Positions 17,934 through 27,130 of a stretch of DNA of 35,620 bases are shown in pieces. The stretch comes from a virus (lineage: Duplodnaviria; Caudoviricetes). The notes under the pieces were generated by a model. That model saw nothing but the letters and a program-made list of their open reading frames with translations. It searched no databases and was not told where the DNA came from. Location of the stretch: the IMG/VR virus record IMGVR_UViG_3300032162_000004, positions 1-35,620 of that record; one strand, 5' to 3'. The first letter of the stretch is position 1. The number at the start of each line of letters is the position of its first letter. A program made the position numbers and the translations under genes.

Positions 17934-19079
17934 TTACTGGTCGTTCGGCGCCGCGGTGAAGATCGTATAGACGCCGTGGTCCACGAGGTTCGTGTTCTGC
18001 TGCGCCGGATCTGCGTTCCGCGAGAACCGCAGCTTGTCCAGGCCGCGGATTTCCTCGCAGCCGATGCCGTGCTCGAACTTGTAGTCGTAGGTGTCCTCAG
18101 TGAACTCGAAACGCTGCGCCAGGGCATAGCCCACGGCCTGCGCACCACAGAGGACGTTCTGCTCGACTGGAACCGGCGTCGCGGCACCGTTCGGAAACGC
18201 CGTGAACTCGTATTCCTGCTTGACGATGATGCCGTTGGTGATGAGGTCGCCGCCCGTAAACAGCGGATTGTCCTTGCCGCGTTCCATGCCGAGCTGCAGG
18301 TCCTGGCGCATCTCGGGATCGTCGTAGAGGTCGCGGAACGCTGCCGGGCCGAGGAACGCGACATACCACTCCTGGCCACCGCTTTTCTGGCGGACGGGGC
18401 GGATGCGCGGCTTGGCCTGCTGGGCGCGGCGTTTGGCCAGGCTCAGCACGCGGCGGGTCATGCGACCGCCGAAGTCGGCGCGGGTACCGCCAGCGCCAGG
18501 CGTGACGGTGCCGGTCAGGTTGGCAAGGCTCGCGGCCATCGTCGGGGCCGTGTTGCTCATCTTCTCGCCGTACTGCACGCGATCCGCGTTATCCAGCGCC
18601 CACTGGTCCCGCTGTGCGGGTGTGGCGACGCCATAGGTCAGGCCGTTGATGCTGTGAAAAGCGTTGATGATGTCGACGCGGAACAGCTCAAGCGACCAGT
18701 TCTTGAGGCTCGGCTTGGCCGCACTCATCTTGTCGATGAGTTGCTTCTTGGCGGTCCACTTGTCGATGGCCACCGCGTGCCGGATGAAGTCCACGATGAT
18801 GGACATATACCGGTCGCCAAGGAGCTCCTCATTGCCGCGGAGAACCTGGTGCCCGCGCACACCAGCGCCGGCAAGACGGTTGATGAATGCGAACTGCACC
18901 CGGTCGCCGTTGCGGCGCAGCAGGTCTTCCTTGACCTGGATGATCGCGCCCTCATCGCTGCCGATGTAGGGGGTATACATATTCTCACGCACGAACTCGC
19001 GGTAGAAGTCGCGAGCAAAGATCAGCGGTACGTTTACTGCATTCTCTGGTGAGAGATTCATCGGATCGGCCACGGCCAA
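17934..19079 (-). CDS. Major capsid protein (N4-gp56 / DUF4043-like)
   Basis: IIQVKEDL...GDRVQF, LRGNEELL, NPLFTGG, LCGAQA and DHGV; GGAG RBS with TTG start. Confidence 0.88.
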   Translation of the reverse strand: MAVADPMNLSPENAVNVPLIFARDFYREFVRENMYTPYIGSDEGAIIQVKEDLLRRNGDRVQFAFINRLAGAGVRGHQVLRGNEELLGDRYMSIIVDFIRHAVAIDKWTAKKQLIDKMSAAKPSLKNWSLELFRVDIINAFHSINGLTYGVATPAQRDQWALDNADRVQYGEKMSNTAPTMAASLANLTGTVTPGAGGTRADFGGRMTRRVLSLAKRRAQQAKPRIRPVRQKSGGQEWYVAFLGPAAFRDLYDDPEMRQDLQLGMERGKDNPLFTGGDLITNGIIVKQEYEFTAFPNGAATPVPVEQNVLCGAQAVGYALAQRFEFTEDTYDYKFEHGIGCEEIRGLDKLRFSRNADPAQQNTNLVDHGVYTIFTAAPNDQ

Positions 19080-19086
19080 TCACTCC

Positions 19087-19962
19087 TTACCCAAATAGTG
19101 ACTCGATCGGGTCAGGTCCGGTGTATGCGGCGCCCGCTCTGGCGCCGGCACTTGCGACCTTGCCCAGCGAAGGGGGCAGGTTCGGGGGTGCGCTTTGACG
19201 TTGGGGAACGGCCTGTGCTTCAGCAGCGATTTGTGCGCGGATTTCGGCTTCCAGCCTTTGCCGCGTCTCGGCTTCCGCCTTGGCGCGCAGTTCTGGGTTG
19301 GCTTGGTCTGCTACAGCCTTGACAACATCGTAACGCTTTACGAGCGCATCCCATGGGTCATCCTCATTCAGGATTTCACCATGGGTTGCTGTGCCTTTGA
19401 TATTCGCATTGAACCAATCTCTGGCTTCATTGACGCGCTCATTCCCGTAAGAACGCCGTGCGCCAGCCTCAGACAGTTTCAGTATGCGGGTTTCAACGGC
19501 AGCTTGTTGCGCTATTGCATAGCCTTGCGGGTCCTCCGCAGGGTTCGGCACATAGGCTGGCTGTTGCTGTTGCTGCGGTGCGCGGAGCCGGGCCAATTCT
19601 GCTTCAAGAGCTTGCAGCCTTGCGGTAGCAGCCTTTTCGCGTTCCTCGGCACGAGCGCGCTCAACCTTCTCGGTCGAGGCTTGTTCCCGGTAGTCGTTGC
19701 GCTCCTTCCGGAGCCTGCCGAAAGCAGGGTCACGCCCATCGTTGTCTGCGGGGTCCGGCGGCGATCCCGTGTCCTGGCCCGCGGGCTGGGCAGCGTCAGG
19801 CTGCTTTGCCGTTGGCGCGTCGGGGGCTTTCGCTCCCGGCTCAGGCGCCGATGGCTCGGGCGCGGCCTGCGGCTCGGGCTGCACCGGAGCTTGCGGCTCG
19901 GGGGCGGCGGCGGGCGCAGTTGCGCTAGAGCCTCCGTAGAGGTCTTTCAACGAGTCTGACAT
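19087..19962 (-). CDS. Capsid scaffolding protein
   Basis: Acidic Pro/Ala N-terminus, coiled coil, PNPAEDPQGY, PPSL tail; directly upstream of the MCP. Confidence 0.8.
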   Translation of the reverse strand: MSDSLKDLYGGSSATAPAAAPEPQAPVQPEPQAAPEPSAPEPGAKAPDAPTAKQPDAAQPAGQDTGSPPDPADNDGRDPAFGRLRKERNDYREQASTEKVERARAEEREKAATARLQALEAELARLRAPQQQQQPAYVPNPAEDPQGYAIAQQAAVETRILKLSEAGARRSYGNERVNEARDWFNANIKGTATHGEILNEDDPWDALVKRYDVVKAVADQANPELRAKAEAETRQRLEAEIRAQIAAEAQAVPQRQSAPPNLPPSLGKVASAGARAGAAYTGPDPIESLFG

Positions 19963-20090
19963 GATCTGCTTAGTCCTGTCTGGTTAACGGCCCGACACGG
20001 CCAGCACAGCGTTGACGCACGCTGGGAGCGACACCCGGTAAGCCCCGGGGAGGGCATGGCGCGGCATCGCTGGGATGCGGCGCAATCTCG
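19963..20090 (-). promoter_or_regulatory. Structured 5' leader of the scaffold gene
   Basis: Four consecutive stem-loops and a TCCCAGCG direct repeat in non-coding DNA. Confidence 0.45.
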
Positions 20091-20238
20091 GTTGTGGTAG
20101 CGTCAGGCGAACCTTGGGAAGCTCAAGCCGTGACACGGGAACAGATGGAAGAAGGGAAACGCGAAATGCTTAGAAAGAATGGACCGCCGTTATTTCATTC
20201 CCCGGCAACAACGGGGCATGAGAACTTTGCCGCTATGA

Positions 20239-20520
20239 CTAAATACGGCTCTGCCCCCAAGGCGGACGCGAGTCCAAAGCTTCCTCGGCCACAATCTCTA
20301 CCAGCTTTGGGTCATTTTCCCAAGACGGGGCGATAAGCCGCATCTCAAACCAAGTCTGCAAATCGGCAAACGCCTTCGGCAATGCTAGAAGCATCTGCTC
20401 CGGCGTCATGCTTTCGCCCGGCAACGCAACAGCATGGCGGATCACCTCGCCGCCAACTGTCACCTTGACCATAACCACTAATGCATCTGGGATGGTATCA
20501 AGCATATCAAAATCGCTCAC
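20239..20520 (-). CDS. Hypothetical protein
   Basis: GTGA overlap with the portal stop; protein-like composition. Confidence 0.6.
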   Translation of the reverse strand: MSDFDMLDTIPDALVVMVKVTVGGEVIRHAVALPGESMTPEQMLLALPKAFADLQTWFEMRLIAPSWENDPKLVEIVAEEALDSRPPWGQSRI

Positions 20521-22586
20521 TGTGTCATTCCTTGCTGCTGTGGCGCTACCGGCGGCGGTTGCATAATCGGATTCATTTCTGGCTGCACCGGTCCCACGCC
20601 GGGCACCACAGGAACGTGCTGCGCCTCAGCGTGATCCATCGCCATGCCATGCACCTTCACGGTGCTATCCACCTGCCGGCTCTGCGCCTGTGCCATCTTG
20701 TCGGCGGCGTCGGCCTGCGCCTTGGCAAGCTGCGCGTGCATCATCTGCGCCTGCATGGCCTGCTGCGCCTGTTGCCCAGCCGCCTGCTGCTGCTGGTGCT
20801 CCTTGATCTGCTCGACCAACTTGTCCTTGTCCTTGAGGCTGCTGGCCTGGATCAGCACCTCGACCGGGATCGCGCCCGGGTTGGCCTGCGCGAACTGCAT
20901 CAGCGCCTGGAACTGCTCGGCCGCCATCGTGGGCGTATCCTGGCCCTCCTCAAGCGTGATCTGCATATCCAGGCCGCCGAGGTCGTTCTCGTATTTGACC
21001 ACGATGCCCAAGCGCGGATCGCCAGGCCGGATGCCATACCGCTGCGCCTGCATGGCTTTCTGATCAGGTGGCAAACGGGCAAGGGCTTCCCCGAAAGTGA
21101 TGGGCGTGTTGATGCCGACGAACTTGCTGCTGCCATTGTCATCGGTCACATGCAGCCAACGCTTACCATCCCAGAACTGGCGAATGCACATGTAGCCGCG
21201 CTCATACATGCGCCGCGACCATAGCCGTAAGCCGTCGAAGTCCGGCTCCTGTTCAACAGCGCCGCCAGCCTGCTGCAAGCTGATGGCCCGGCCAGACAAC
21301 TCCCGCGGGTCCTTGCCCATCATGCTGGAGTTGGGGCCGTGGCCTTGAAGCCGCGCGATGGTATGCTGCAGCAGCTCGAACTGCCCGGTGGACATATCGG
21401 TGTCGCGGTTCACCTCGAACTTAAAGCCCCGGTTGACCGCAACGGCGCCGTCAGGGCGCGCAATCTGGTCGCGGGCGTCATCGACGTCGTCAACCGCGCC
21501 TTCCTCGTAGATGATGCTGCGCGTTTGCAGGATGTGCATCAGCTTGGACCGGCGGGCGTTGATCTCGCTCTGCAGCGGGATCAGGTCGCGGATCAGGCCA
21601 TAGCGGTTGTTCTGGCCGTCCACATGGGCCGAACGCAGGATCAGCGGGCAGGCCGTCTGGCCGCGCCGATCCACGTAGGGCGACACTACCGGGCCATGCA
21701 GGAAACCGCCGCGGGTGTAGATACCGGTCCACCAATCACCGCCGTGCTGCCAATGGCATGTCACGATGCGGACTCGAGTACGGGAGCTGTCCACCCAAGC
21801 CGTGCTTGGCCGGTCGCCGTAGGTGTTGGCGGACCAGTCGTGCTCGTTGCCGAGGGTCTGGTCCAAGATCGCGCGGGCCTTGGGGAACAGCGACAGGAAC
21901 TGCTCCTTGTCGCCCCAGATCACGGTGCCAAGGTGGCGTGCGTCGTGGAAGTCAGGGTCGGCGCTGTATTGGTCCCACCATAGCCGGCTGAACGGGATGT
22001 GGTGCATCCGCACGTCCATCGTGCCGTCGGCCGTGGCCTCGACCACGACTTCCGCGCCGCCCACGCCCTCAATGGCGATGTTGGCGAACACGTCGGAACG
22101 CAGCCGGTTGAACACGTTATCGTCGGTGACGTAGCGCAGCGCCTGCGTGGCGGCGTCGGCAAGGCCCTCATCGGTCGGTGTGCGCGGGTATGCCTTGGGG
22201 TCAGAGCGCAAGCGGCGCTCGGCGCCCATCATGTAATCCACTTTGCTGCGGATCATGTTGTCAACGATGGGCGGCTGACCGCGCTCGGCCAGTTCTGCGA
22301 TCTGCGCTGCGGACCACTGCTGGCCGTCATACCAAGCCCTGTCCCGCTCGGACAGCTTGCGGGCTGGTGCGGTCGCCATCTCGGCCGCCTCAAACCGGCG
22401 CACCAAGTCATCTAGCAGCAGGTCTAGGTCGCCGTCCCAATCCTTGTCAGGAGCCTGCGGACGCTCGGCAGGGCGGGCCGCGGGGATGTGCGGATACATG
22501 CTGCCGTAAGCCGACATGCCCGGCGCCCCGGTGCGGGCGATTGCGCCGCCATCGGGGGACGATGCGCTGTCGGGAAGGCTTTGCAT
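20517..22586 (-). CDS. Portal protein, P22-like
   Basis: WYDGQQW, RGQP..N, YGLIRDLIPLQ.EIN.RRSK, SGRAI; Gln-rich C-terminal barrel. Confidence 0.92.
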   Translation of the reverse strand: MQSLPDSASSPDGGAIARTGAPGMSAYGSMYPHIPAARPAERPQAPDKDWDGDLDLLLDDLVRRFEAAEMATAPARKLSERDRAWYDGQQWSAAQIAELAERGQPPIVDNMIRSKVDYMMGAERRLRSDPKAYPRTPTDEGLADAATQALRYVTDDNVFNRLRSDVFANIAIEGVGGAEVVVEATADGTMDVRMHHIPFSRLWWDQYSADPDFHDARHLGTVIWGDKEQFLSLFPKARAILDQTLGNEHDWSANTYGDRPSTAWVDSSRTRVRIVTCHWQHGGDWWTGIYTRGGFLHGPVVSPYVDRRGQTACPLILRSAHVDGQNNRYGLIRDLIPLQSEINARRSKLMHILQTRSIIYEEGAVDDVDDARDQIARPDGAVAVNRGFKFEVNRDTDMSTGQFELLQHTIARLQGHGPNSSMMGKDPRELSGRAISLQQAGGAVEQEPDFDGLRLWSRRMYERGYMCIRQFWDGKRWLHVTDDNGSSKFVGINTPITFGEALARLPPDQKAMQAQRYGIRPGDPRLGIVVKYENDLGGLDMQITLEEGQDTPTMAAEQFQALMQFAQANPGAIPVEVLIQASSLKDKDKLVEQIKEHQQQQAAGQQAQQAMQAQMMHAQLAKAQADAADKMAQAQSRQVDSTVKVHGMAMDHAEAQHVPVVPGVGPVQPEMNPIMQPPPVAPQQQGMTQ

Positions 22587-22626
22587 CGGTGTTGAAGCCT
22601 CCCTGGCGCGGGTTTACTGTGTTGGC

Positions 22627-22971
22627 ATGGCACGAAGGAACAACTGCGCCGTCGCCCGCGGTATCAGCACCAGCAAGATGACGGCAGTGACCTGGGCGAC
22701 GTTCGACGCCCTGCCGCGCGAGGTGCGCCGGGCGCTGTGGGAAAGCCCGGTGCCGATCAATCCGGACAGCGTGGCGCAGGCGCTGTCATGGGCCGGTGTG
22801 CACGAGGTGCTGGCGCGGATAGAGCGCAACGTTTACCAGGAGGTAAGCTTATTCGCTGACCAGCACCGGCTGCGGCATGGTTACGAGCTGCCGCACGTTG
22901 CGGCTGATGTTGGGATGCAGCCGTATCAAGCCGTCAGATCAACAAGCCGATCTTCCTGGCGAAATCAATAG
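22627..22971 (+). CDS. Hypothetical protein, DUF6525-like; the only credible intact plus-strand gene
   Basis: FDALPREVRRALWESPVP; GC-ending codons; fills the gap between portal and HNH. Confidence 0.6.
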   Translation: MARRNNCAVARGISTSKMTAVTWATFDALPREVRRALWESPVPINPDSVAQALSWAGVHEVLARIERNVYQEVSLFADQHRLRHGYELPHVAADVGMQPYQAVRSTSRSSWRNQ

Positions 22972-23536
22972 GGTCAGCGGCGTGCTTGCGATTATTGCAC
23001 GGCTGGCAGGTTAACTGAAGATTGCGGCGGTCGTTAGAGCCGCCCTTAGATATCGGCACGATATGATCAGTGTGGTATATTTTAGGTAATCTCTTGCGAC
23101 AATACGCACACTTCTTTTTCTGCATGACGAAGATGTCTTTTATATCTTCACCACTATGCGTGCCGCCTGCAAGCTCTTTGCTACGTCTATTGTTGGCATA
23201 TGATCTATATGCATCACGTCTTGCGATACGCCTGGCTTTGTTCTGCTCTCTAACCTTGTCGGCGTTCTTCCTGTTCCACTCGCGCTTGTATTCACGCCAG
23301 CGCTCTGGGTTTGCCTGCTGCCAAGCGTCTAGCTTAGCACGATAGGCATCAGGATTGCTTCTGGCCTGCTTCGTAGTTACCAGAAGGTGACACGCCATGC
23401 AGTTACCTTGAATAGACCGCAATGACGCATGGCCACGCTTGCAAGCTTTCCCAGTAAAATAATGCGTTGCCCCAACCGCTCTCGCATCGGCACGCGTGAC
23501 GACAGGCCCTACATGTGGCACATACTGCTTAGCCAT
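22934..23536 (-). CDS. HNH endonuclease
   Basis: YFTGKACKRGH N-terminus; CAYC...HTDHIVPISKGGSNDRRNLQLTCQPCN; AT-richer than its flanks. Confidence 0.92.
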   Translation of the reverse strand: MAKQYVPHVGPVVTRADARAVGATHYFTGKACKRGHASLRSIQGNCMACHLLVTTKQARSNPDAYRAKLDAWQQANPERWREYKREWNRKNADKVREQNKARRIARRDAYRSYANNRRSKELAGGTHSGEDIKDIFVMQKKKCAYCRKRLPKIYHTDHIVPISKGGSNDRRNLQLTCQPCNNRKHAADPIDFARKIGLLI

Positions 23537-23603
23537 TCTGGCAACTCATCCTTGCTCGCGTGGTCAGAGGCTCGGAGGTGCTGAAACACCGCCGGGCCTC
23601 GTT

Positions 23604-23632
23604 TATGTAGCATAATCAATATGCTACGTCAA
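23604..23632 (-). promoter_or_regulatory. Sigma70-like promoter with an overlapping palindrome, upstream of the HNH gene
   Basis: TTGACG-17 nt-TACATA; GTAGCATA-N5-TATGCTAC at 23607-23627. Confidence 0.5.
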
Positions 23633-25083
23633 ATAGTCATCCAATCTTTCGTGCGTTTGCGCGGGGTGCGGCGGTAATCCTGCGGCTCGGCTGGCGTGAT
23701 GGGCTTAGGCTTACCCGGCGGCATCATCACGTCGAGGAGCTGGCCGACGAGTCCTAGGGCATCGACCTGATCGTCAAACTTGCCGGCGGGAAACGATAGC
23801 AACTCCGCCTCAAAGTCAGCACGCCAAGGCGCGTCAGCGGGGATGTAAAGGCCCCCAAGAGCCGCCCTGCCCCTAATGCTTTGAGCGCGGATCGCCTTGT
23901 CGCCCTTGGTCGGAAACTGCGTGCGGGCGACGTAAGCACGGCGCTCCCGCTGCCGACGATCCAGCCAAGGGCCGATTGCACCCCGAATCTGGCCCCCTTC
24001 TTCGGAAGCTCCCATCGGCTTCCATCGGATCACCAGATCACAAAACGCCTCAATCCATACATCTGAAGTCGCCTGTTGTCGCCACACGTCAACGACGTAT
24101 AAGCGATCATCTGCGTCCAGACCGACTACGACGTGCGCGGTGTTATCACCGCCATTTCCGGTGACGGCATAATCCGAACCCATGAAGGTTCGCAGGCTGG
24201 ATAACGGCGGCAAGGTCGGAATTGGCCTGAACCATTCAGACTTGAAGTAGGAACCACTATCAGGAATAGGGTTCTGCTGAAAGAGAGCGTTCCACGTCCG
24301 GGCGTCAGAGGTAGCCTTCTTAACCTCTAGGTCCGCTGCATAACCGTAGTTGTCATCCGCCCAAAGTGGCTCGCCGATGGCCCGGCCAAGTGGATCGTCT
24401 AGGCTGTCCGCCAGAGCCGGTAGGCGCACTACGCGCCACCTTCCGGCCTGGCGCTCCATCAGTCGTCCGTAAACGTCGTCTTGGTGCCAGTGTGTGCCGA
24501 TGACGATCACGGGCGCCCCTGGCTTCAGGCGTGTGCTTAGGTCGTTCATCCACCAGTCCCAGGCTCGATCCCGGTAGGTCTCGCTGTCAGCATCCGCTCG
24601 GCTTTTCACCAAATCATCCGCAAGAACCATGTCGGCGCGGAAGCCAGTTATGGCGCCCCCTACGCCAGCAGCTCGATACTGCCCACCTCGCGTCGTTGAC
24701 CACAGCTCCACGGCTTCAGTGGCCACCCCTATGCCAAGAGTGTTGGAATGCTCCATGACAAGGCTGCGGACCCGGCGCGAGAACCCCTCGGCCAGCATGG
24801 ACGTATGCGAGGCCGCAATGATGGCTTGGCCCTCACGTTGCGCCAGCCACCATGCAGGGAACAAGACGCTTGCGTAGGATGACTTGCCGGCGCCTGGCGG
24901 AAGCAGCAGCAGCAGCCTATCCGTCTCGCCGTCCGCCACCGCCTGCAATTCGCGGATGACGAGCCGATGGTGCGCGGCCGGCCTTTGCCCCAAGGGAGCA
25001 AGGACCATCTCGCACCAGGCGCCGAAGCTGCGGCGGATCGTGCGACGGCGAAGAAGCTCACGGGCAGCATCTGCCGGGGTCAA
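23629..25083 (-). CDS. terL: Terminase large subunit
   Basis: Walker A PPGAGKS, Walker B VLADD, nuclease motifs GSDYA and FPAGKFDDQVDAL; TTG start overlapping the TerS stop. Confidence 0.95.
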   Translation of the reverse strand: MTPADAARELLRRRTIRRSFGAWCEMVLAPLGQRPAAHHRLVIRELQAVADGETDRLLLLLPPGAGKSSYASVLFPAWWLAQREGQAIIAASHTSMLAEGFSRRVRSLVMEHSNTLGIGVATEAVELWSTTRGGQYRAAGVGGAITGFRADMVLADDLVKSRADADSETYRDRAWDWWMNDLSTRLKPGAPVIVIGTHWHQDDVYGRLMERQAGRWRVVRLPALADSLDDPLGRAIGEPLWADDNYGYAADLEVKKATSDARTWNALFQQNPIPDSGSYFKSEWFRPIPTLPPLSSLRTFMGSDYAVTGNGGDNTAHVVVGLDADDRLYVVDVWRQQATSDVWIEAFCDLVIRWKPMGASEEGGQIRGAIGPWLDRRQRERRAYVARTQFPTKGDKAIRAQSIRGRAALGGLYIPADAPWRADFEAELLSFPAGKFDDQVDALGLVGQLLDVMMPPGKPKPITPAEPQDYRRTPRKRTKDWMTI

Positions 25084-25484
25084 TGCGTCGTCTCGTTGCC
25101 CTTGCCCAGCGCGATTGCGGTCAGGGTGCCATCGTCCAACACGCTCACGTCGTCTGGCGTCAGGTTGATGTTGCGGGCGATAGGTGTGCCCTCGTGCCGG
25201 TTGAGCCACGCAACCGCCGCCGTGACCTGCGTTTCTTGGCGCTCGGCATTGCGGGCCAGGTCAAACAGGTGATCCTTGAGGGCCTGTGCAGCCTCGGCTC
25301 CACGGCGGGAACTGGCAGCAGCTTGGTTGCCTGGCGCAAACGGTGCGGGCATCAGCTTATTGGCACGCAAGCCCTTCGGCTCGCCAGGGGATCGAGCTGC
25401 ACCACCCCAGCTTTCGCCCTTGCCCGAGCCGTTGCCGTGCCGTGTGCCTGACGTGGGCGGGCGCTTGAGCTTGTCAGCCATCAT
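25080..25484 (-). CDS. terS: Terminase small subunit (putative)
   Basis: Immediately upstream of terL; PFAPGN motif and helical WLNRHEG segment. Confidence 0.7.
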   Translation of the reverse strand: MMADKLKRPPTSGTRHGNGSGKGESWGGAARSPGEPKGLRANKLMPAPFAPGNQAAASSRRGAEAAQALKDHLFDLARNAERQETQVTAAVAWLNRHEGTPIARNINLTPDDVSVLDDGTLTAIALGKGNETTH

Positions 25485-26127
25485 GCACCCCCACCGCCTT
25501 CACGGCCCCGCGCGCAACCTCGACGGCGACCTCGCTGCCCAACACCTGCATCAGCAGCCGCGTCCGCGTCTCGCTGGACCACAGGCACACACCCTCATGA
25601 TCGGCGAACGGCCCGTTGGTGACGCACAGCCGCTCGCCCGCGGTGAACGCCGGCAACTCGGCGGATAGGATGGAACGGGCATCGGACTCGGCCATGAACT
25701 TCTCAATCTGGCCGCGCCGTACCGGAATGGGCCGCAGCGTTTCGGTCAGGAACAGGCGCCGCACGCCGCGGGTTGAGACGATGGGCCGCCACTGGTCGGT
25801 CAGCGGACAGAACCGCACGAACAGGTAGCCGCGGAACAGCGGCATCTCGACCTTGTGCGTCTGGCTCGGCAACACGCGGTCAGGGCGGCGCTCGGTGACC
25901 ATCGGCAGGAACGCGGCGTATCCCTGGCGAACCAAGTTCTCGTGCGCCCAGCGCTCGGCTTGGCTATGGGTTTGAATGCAATGCCAGCGCGGATCGGGTG
26001 TCGCACGATGGCTACCGCAGTCCAGAGCGGCCAAGCTGTGGCCACCCTCGACTGAGGCTTTCCCTTCTAGAACATCCGATTGCGGCTTGTCAACTATCTT
26101 CTCCTCGACACGTGTCACTATGCTCAT
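25474..26127 (-). CDS. NusG/RfaH-family transcription antiterminator
   Basis: NGN motifs WHCIQT..QAE, PLFRGYLFV and STRGV; KOW-like GERLCVTNGPFAD. Confidence 0.9.
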   Translation of the reverse strand: MSIVTRVEEKIVDKPQSDVLEGKASVEGGHSLAALDCGSHRATPDPRWHCIQTHSQAERWAHENLVRQGYAAFLPMVTERRPDRVLPSQTHKVEMPLFRGYLFVRFCPLTDQWRPIVSTRGVRRLFLTETLRPIPVRRGQIEKFMAESDARSILSAELPAFTAGERLCVTNGPFADHEGVCLWSSETRTRLLMQVLGSEVAVEVARGAVKAVGVHDG

Positions 26128-26657
26128 GACACCACTCCGCTAGATTCAGACAGCAAGCGCACTTGATCAAAACGAGCCTGTTCAGGATTTATTGCTGGAT
26201 CAACGTGACAGCGCCTTCCAACCACGCTGAAGGCGAACATGACAGCAGCAATAGCATCTGACAAACTACAATCAACGCATTCCGATGCACCTATGCCGCA
26301 ACCAAGTTGACGGAGAGCCTCTGTCTCCACGTCCTTCGCAGCCTTTGGTACGACAGGCTGTATGAAAATGAGATGCCCTTTAAGATCCCTTGCTCGTATC
26401 AAAGGATTTGTGGACATACCAATTTTTGTCAGACCATTGTGCAACGTAACAACATACACCCACGCCTTGTCGCGTGGTGGCAAGTGGCCCTGTGTTTGTA
26501 TTAGCACGAACATGCGTGGATCACGGCGCCCATGTTTATCTAGGGCGTAATCATTCCAATATGTCGATTGTGCCCTCTTCTTTTTATTCAGAAGACCATT
26601 GATCCATTCCTGATCTTGCTCCGTGACCGCGCAAGGCTTTTCTGTGACGGCGTTCAT
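26124..26657 (-). CDS. GIY-YIG-like (T5orf172-type) protein
   Basis: WVYVV...TKIGMSTNPLIRARDL...VETEA; AGGAG RBS before the ATG at 26657; AT-richer. Confidence 0.7.
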   Translation of the reverse strand: MNAVTEKPCAVTEQDQEWINGLLNKKKRAQSTYWNDYALDKHGRRDPRMFVLIQTQGHLPPRDKAWVYVVTLHNGLTKIGMSTNPLIRARDLKGHLIFIQPVVPKAAKDVETEALRQLGCGIGASECVDCSLSDAIAAVMFAFSVVGRRCHVDPAINPEQARFDQVRLLSESSGVVS

Positions 26658-26790
26658 GAACTGCTCCTGGCATCCTATAGTGCCGCATCGGCAAGTTGTG
26701 CCGTCGCCGCATGACCTTGCGGTGAACGAACGAGGTATCGCTTTTCGGTACACAATCCATCAGGGACGCCGACGAGGAACGCCTTGATGA

Positions 26791-26973
26791 ATTGTTGCCA
26801 AGCACGTCCCTGACACTGGGGCCGCCAGCCTGCATCCAGTGGTCAAGGGTGCGGTTGAGGCTGGTTCGGAACTCTATACGGATACCCACAAGGGTTATCG
26901 CGGGCTGTCCCCCGAGTACGTGCATCAGGCTGTTGACCACTCTATCAAGCTACAGTCCGCCCATGATTTTTAA
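26791..26973 (+). pseudogene. IS1595-family transposase fragment
   Basis: Frame reads IVAKHVPDTGAASLHPVVKGAVEAGSELYTDTHKGYRGLSPEYVHQAVDHS, with TD..Y..L...H..V.H motif; bounded by stops, no start codon. Confidence 0.75.
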
Positions 26974-27097
26974 CGTGGAAGTGCGGCCCAAGAACCAAGA
27001 GTCCCGCGGCTCACTAAAATACCAACGCGAGTCACGTTTCTGCCCATTGACCACGCCCAATGTTCCAGCTAGTAATAAGGTAGCGGCTCAGGCCCAA

Positions 27098-27130
27098 CCT
27101 GACCTTGAGTGGTGAGACACTCAAGGCAGG
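27098..27130. other. Strong stem-loop
   Basis: CCTG(A)CCTTGAGTG-GTGAGA-CACTCAAGGCAGG. Confidence 0.6.

Noticed and set aside
20094-20336. 80-aa plus-strand ORF
   Set aside because: Overlaps a coupled minus-strand gene and has no motif; not supportable
23740-24360. AT-richer patch in terL as a possible intein or intron
   Set aside because: Frame is continuous, TerL length is normal and no splicing motifs are visible; at most a recombination tract
25485-25500. GGCGGTGG resembling the RfaH ops element
   Set aside because: Mismatches the GGCGGTAG consensus and is expected by chance in GC-rich DNA
26584-26940. 118-aa minus-strand ORF
   Set aside because: Largely the antisense shadow of the IS1595 fragment
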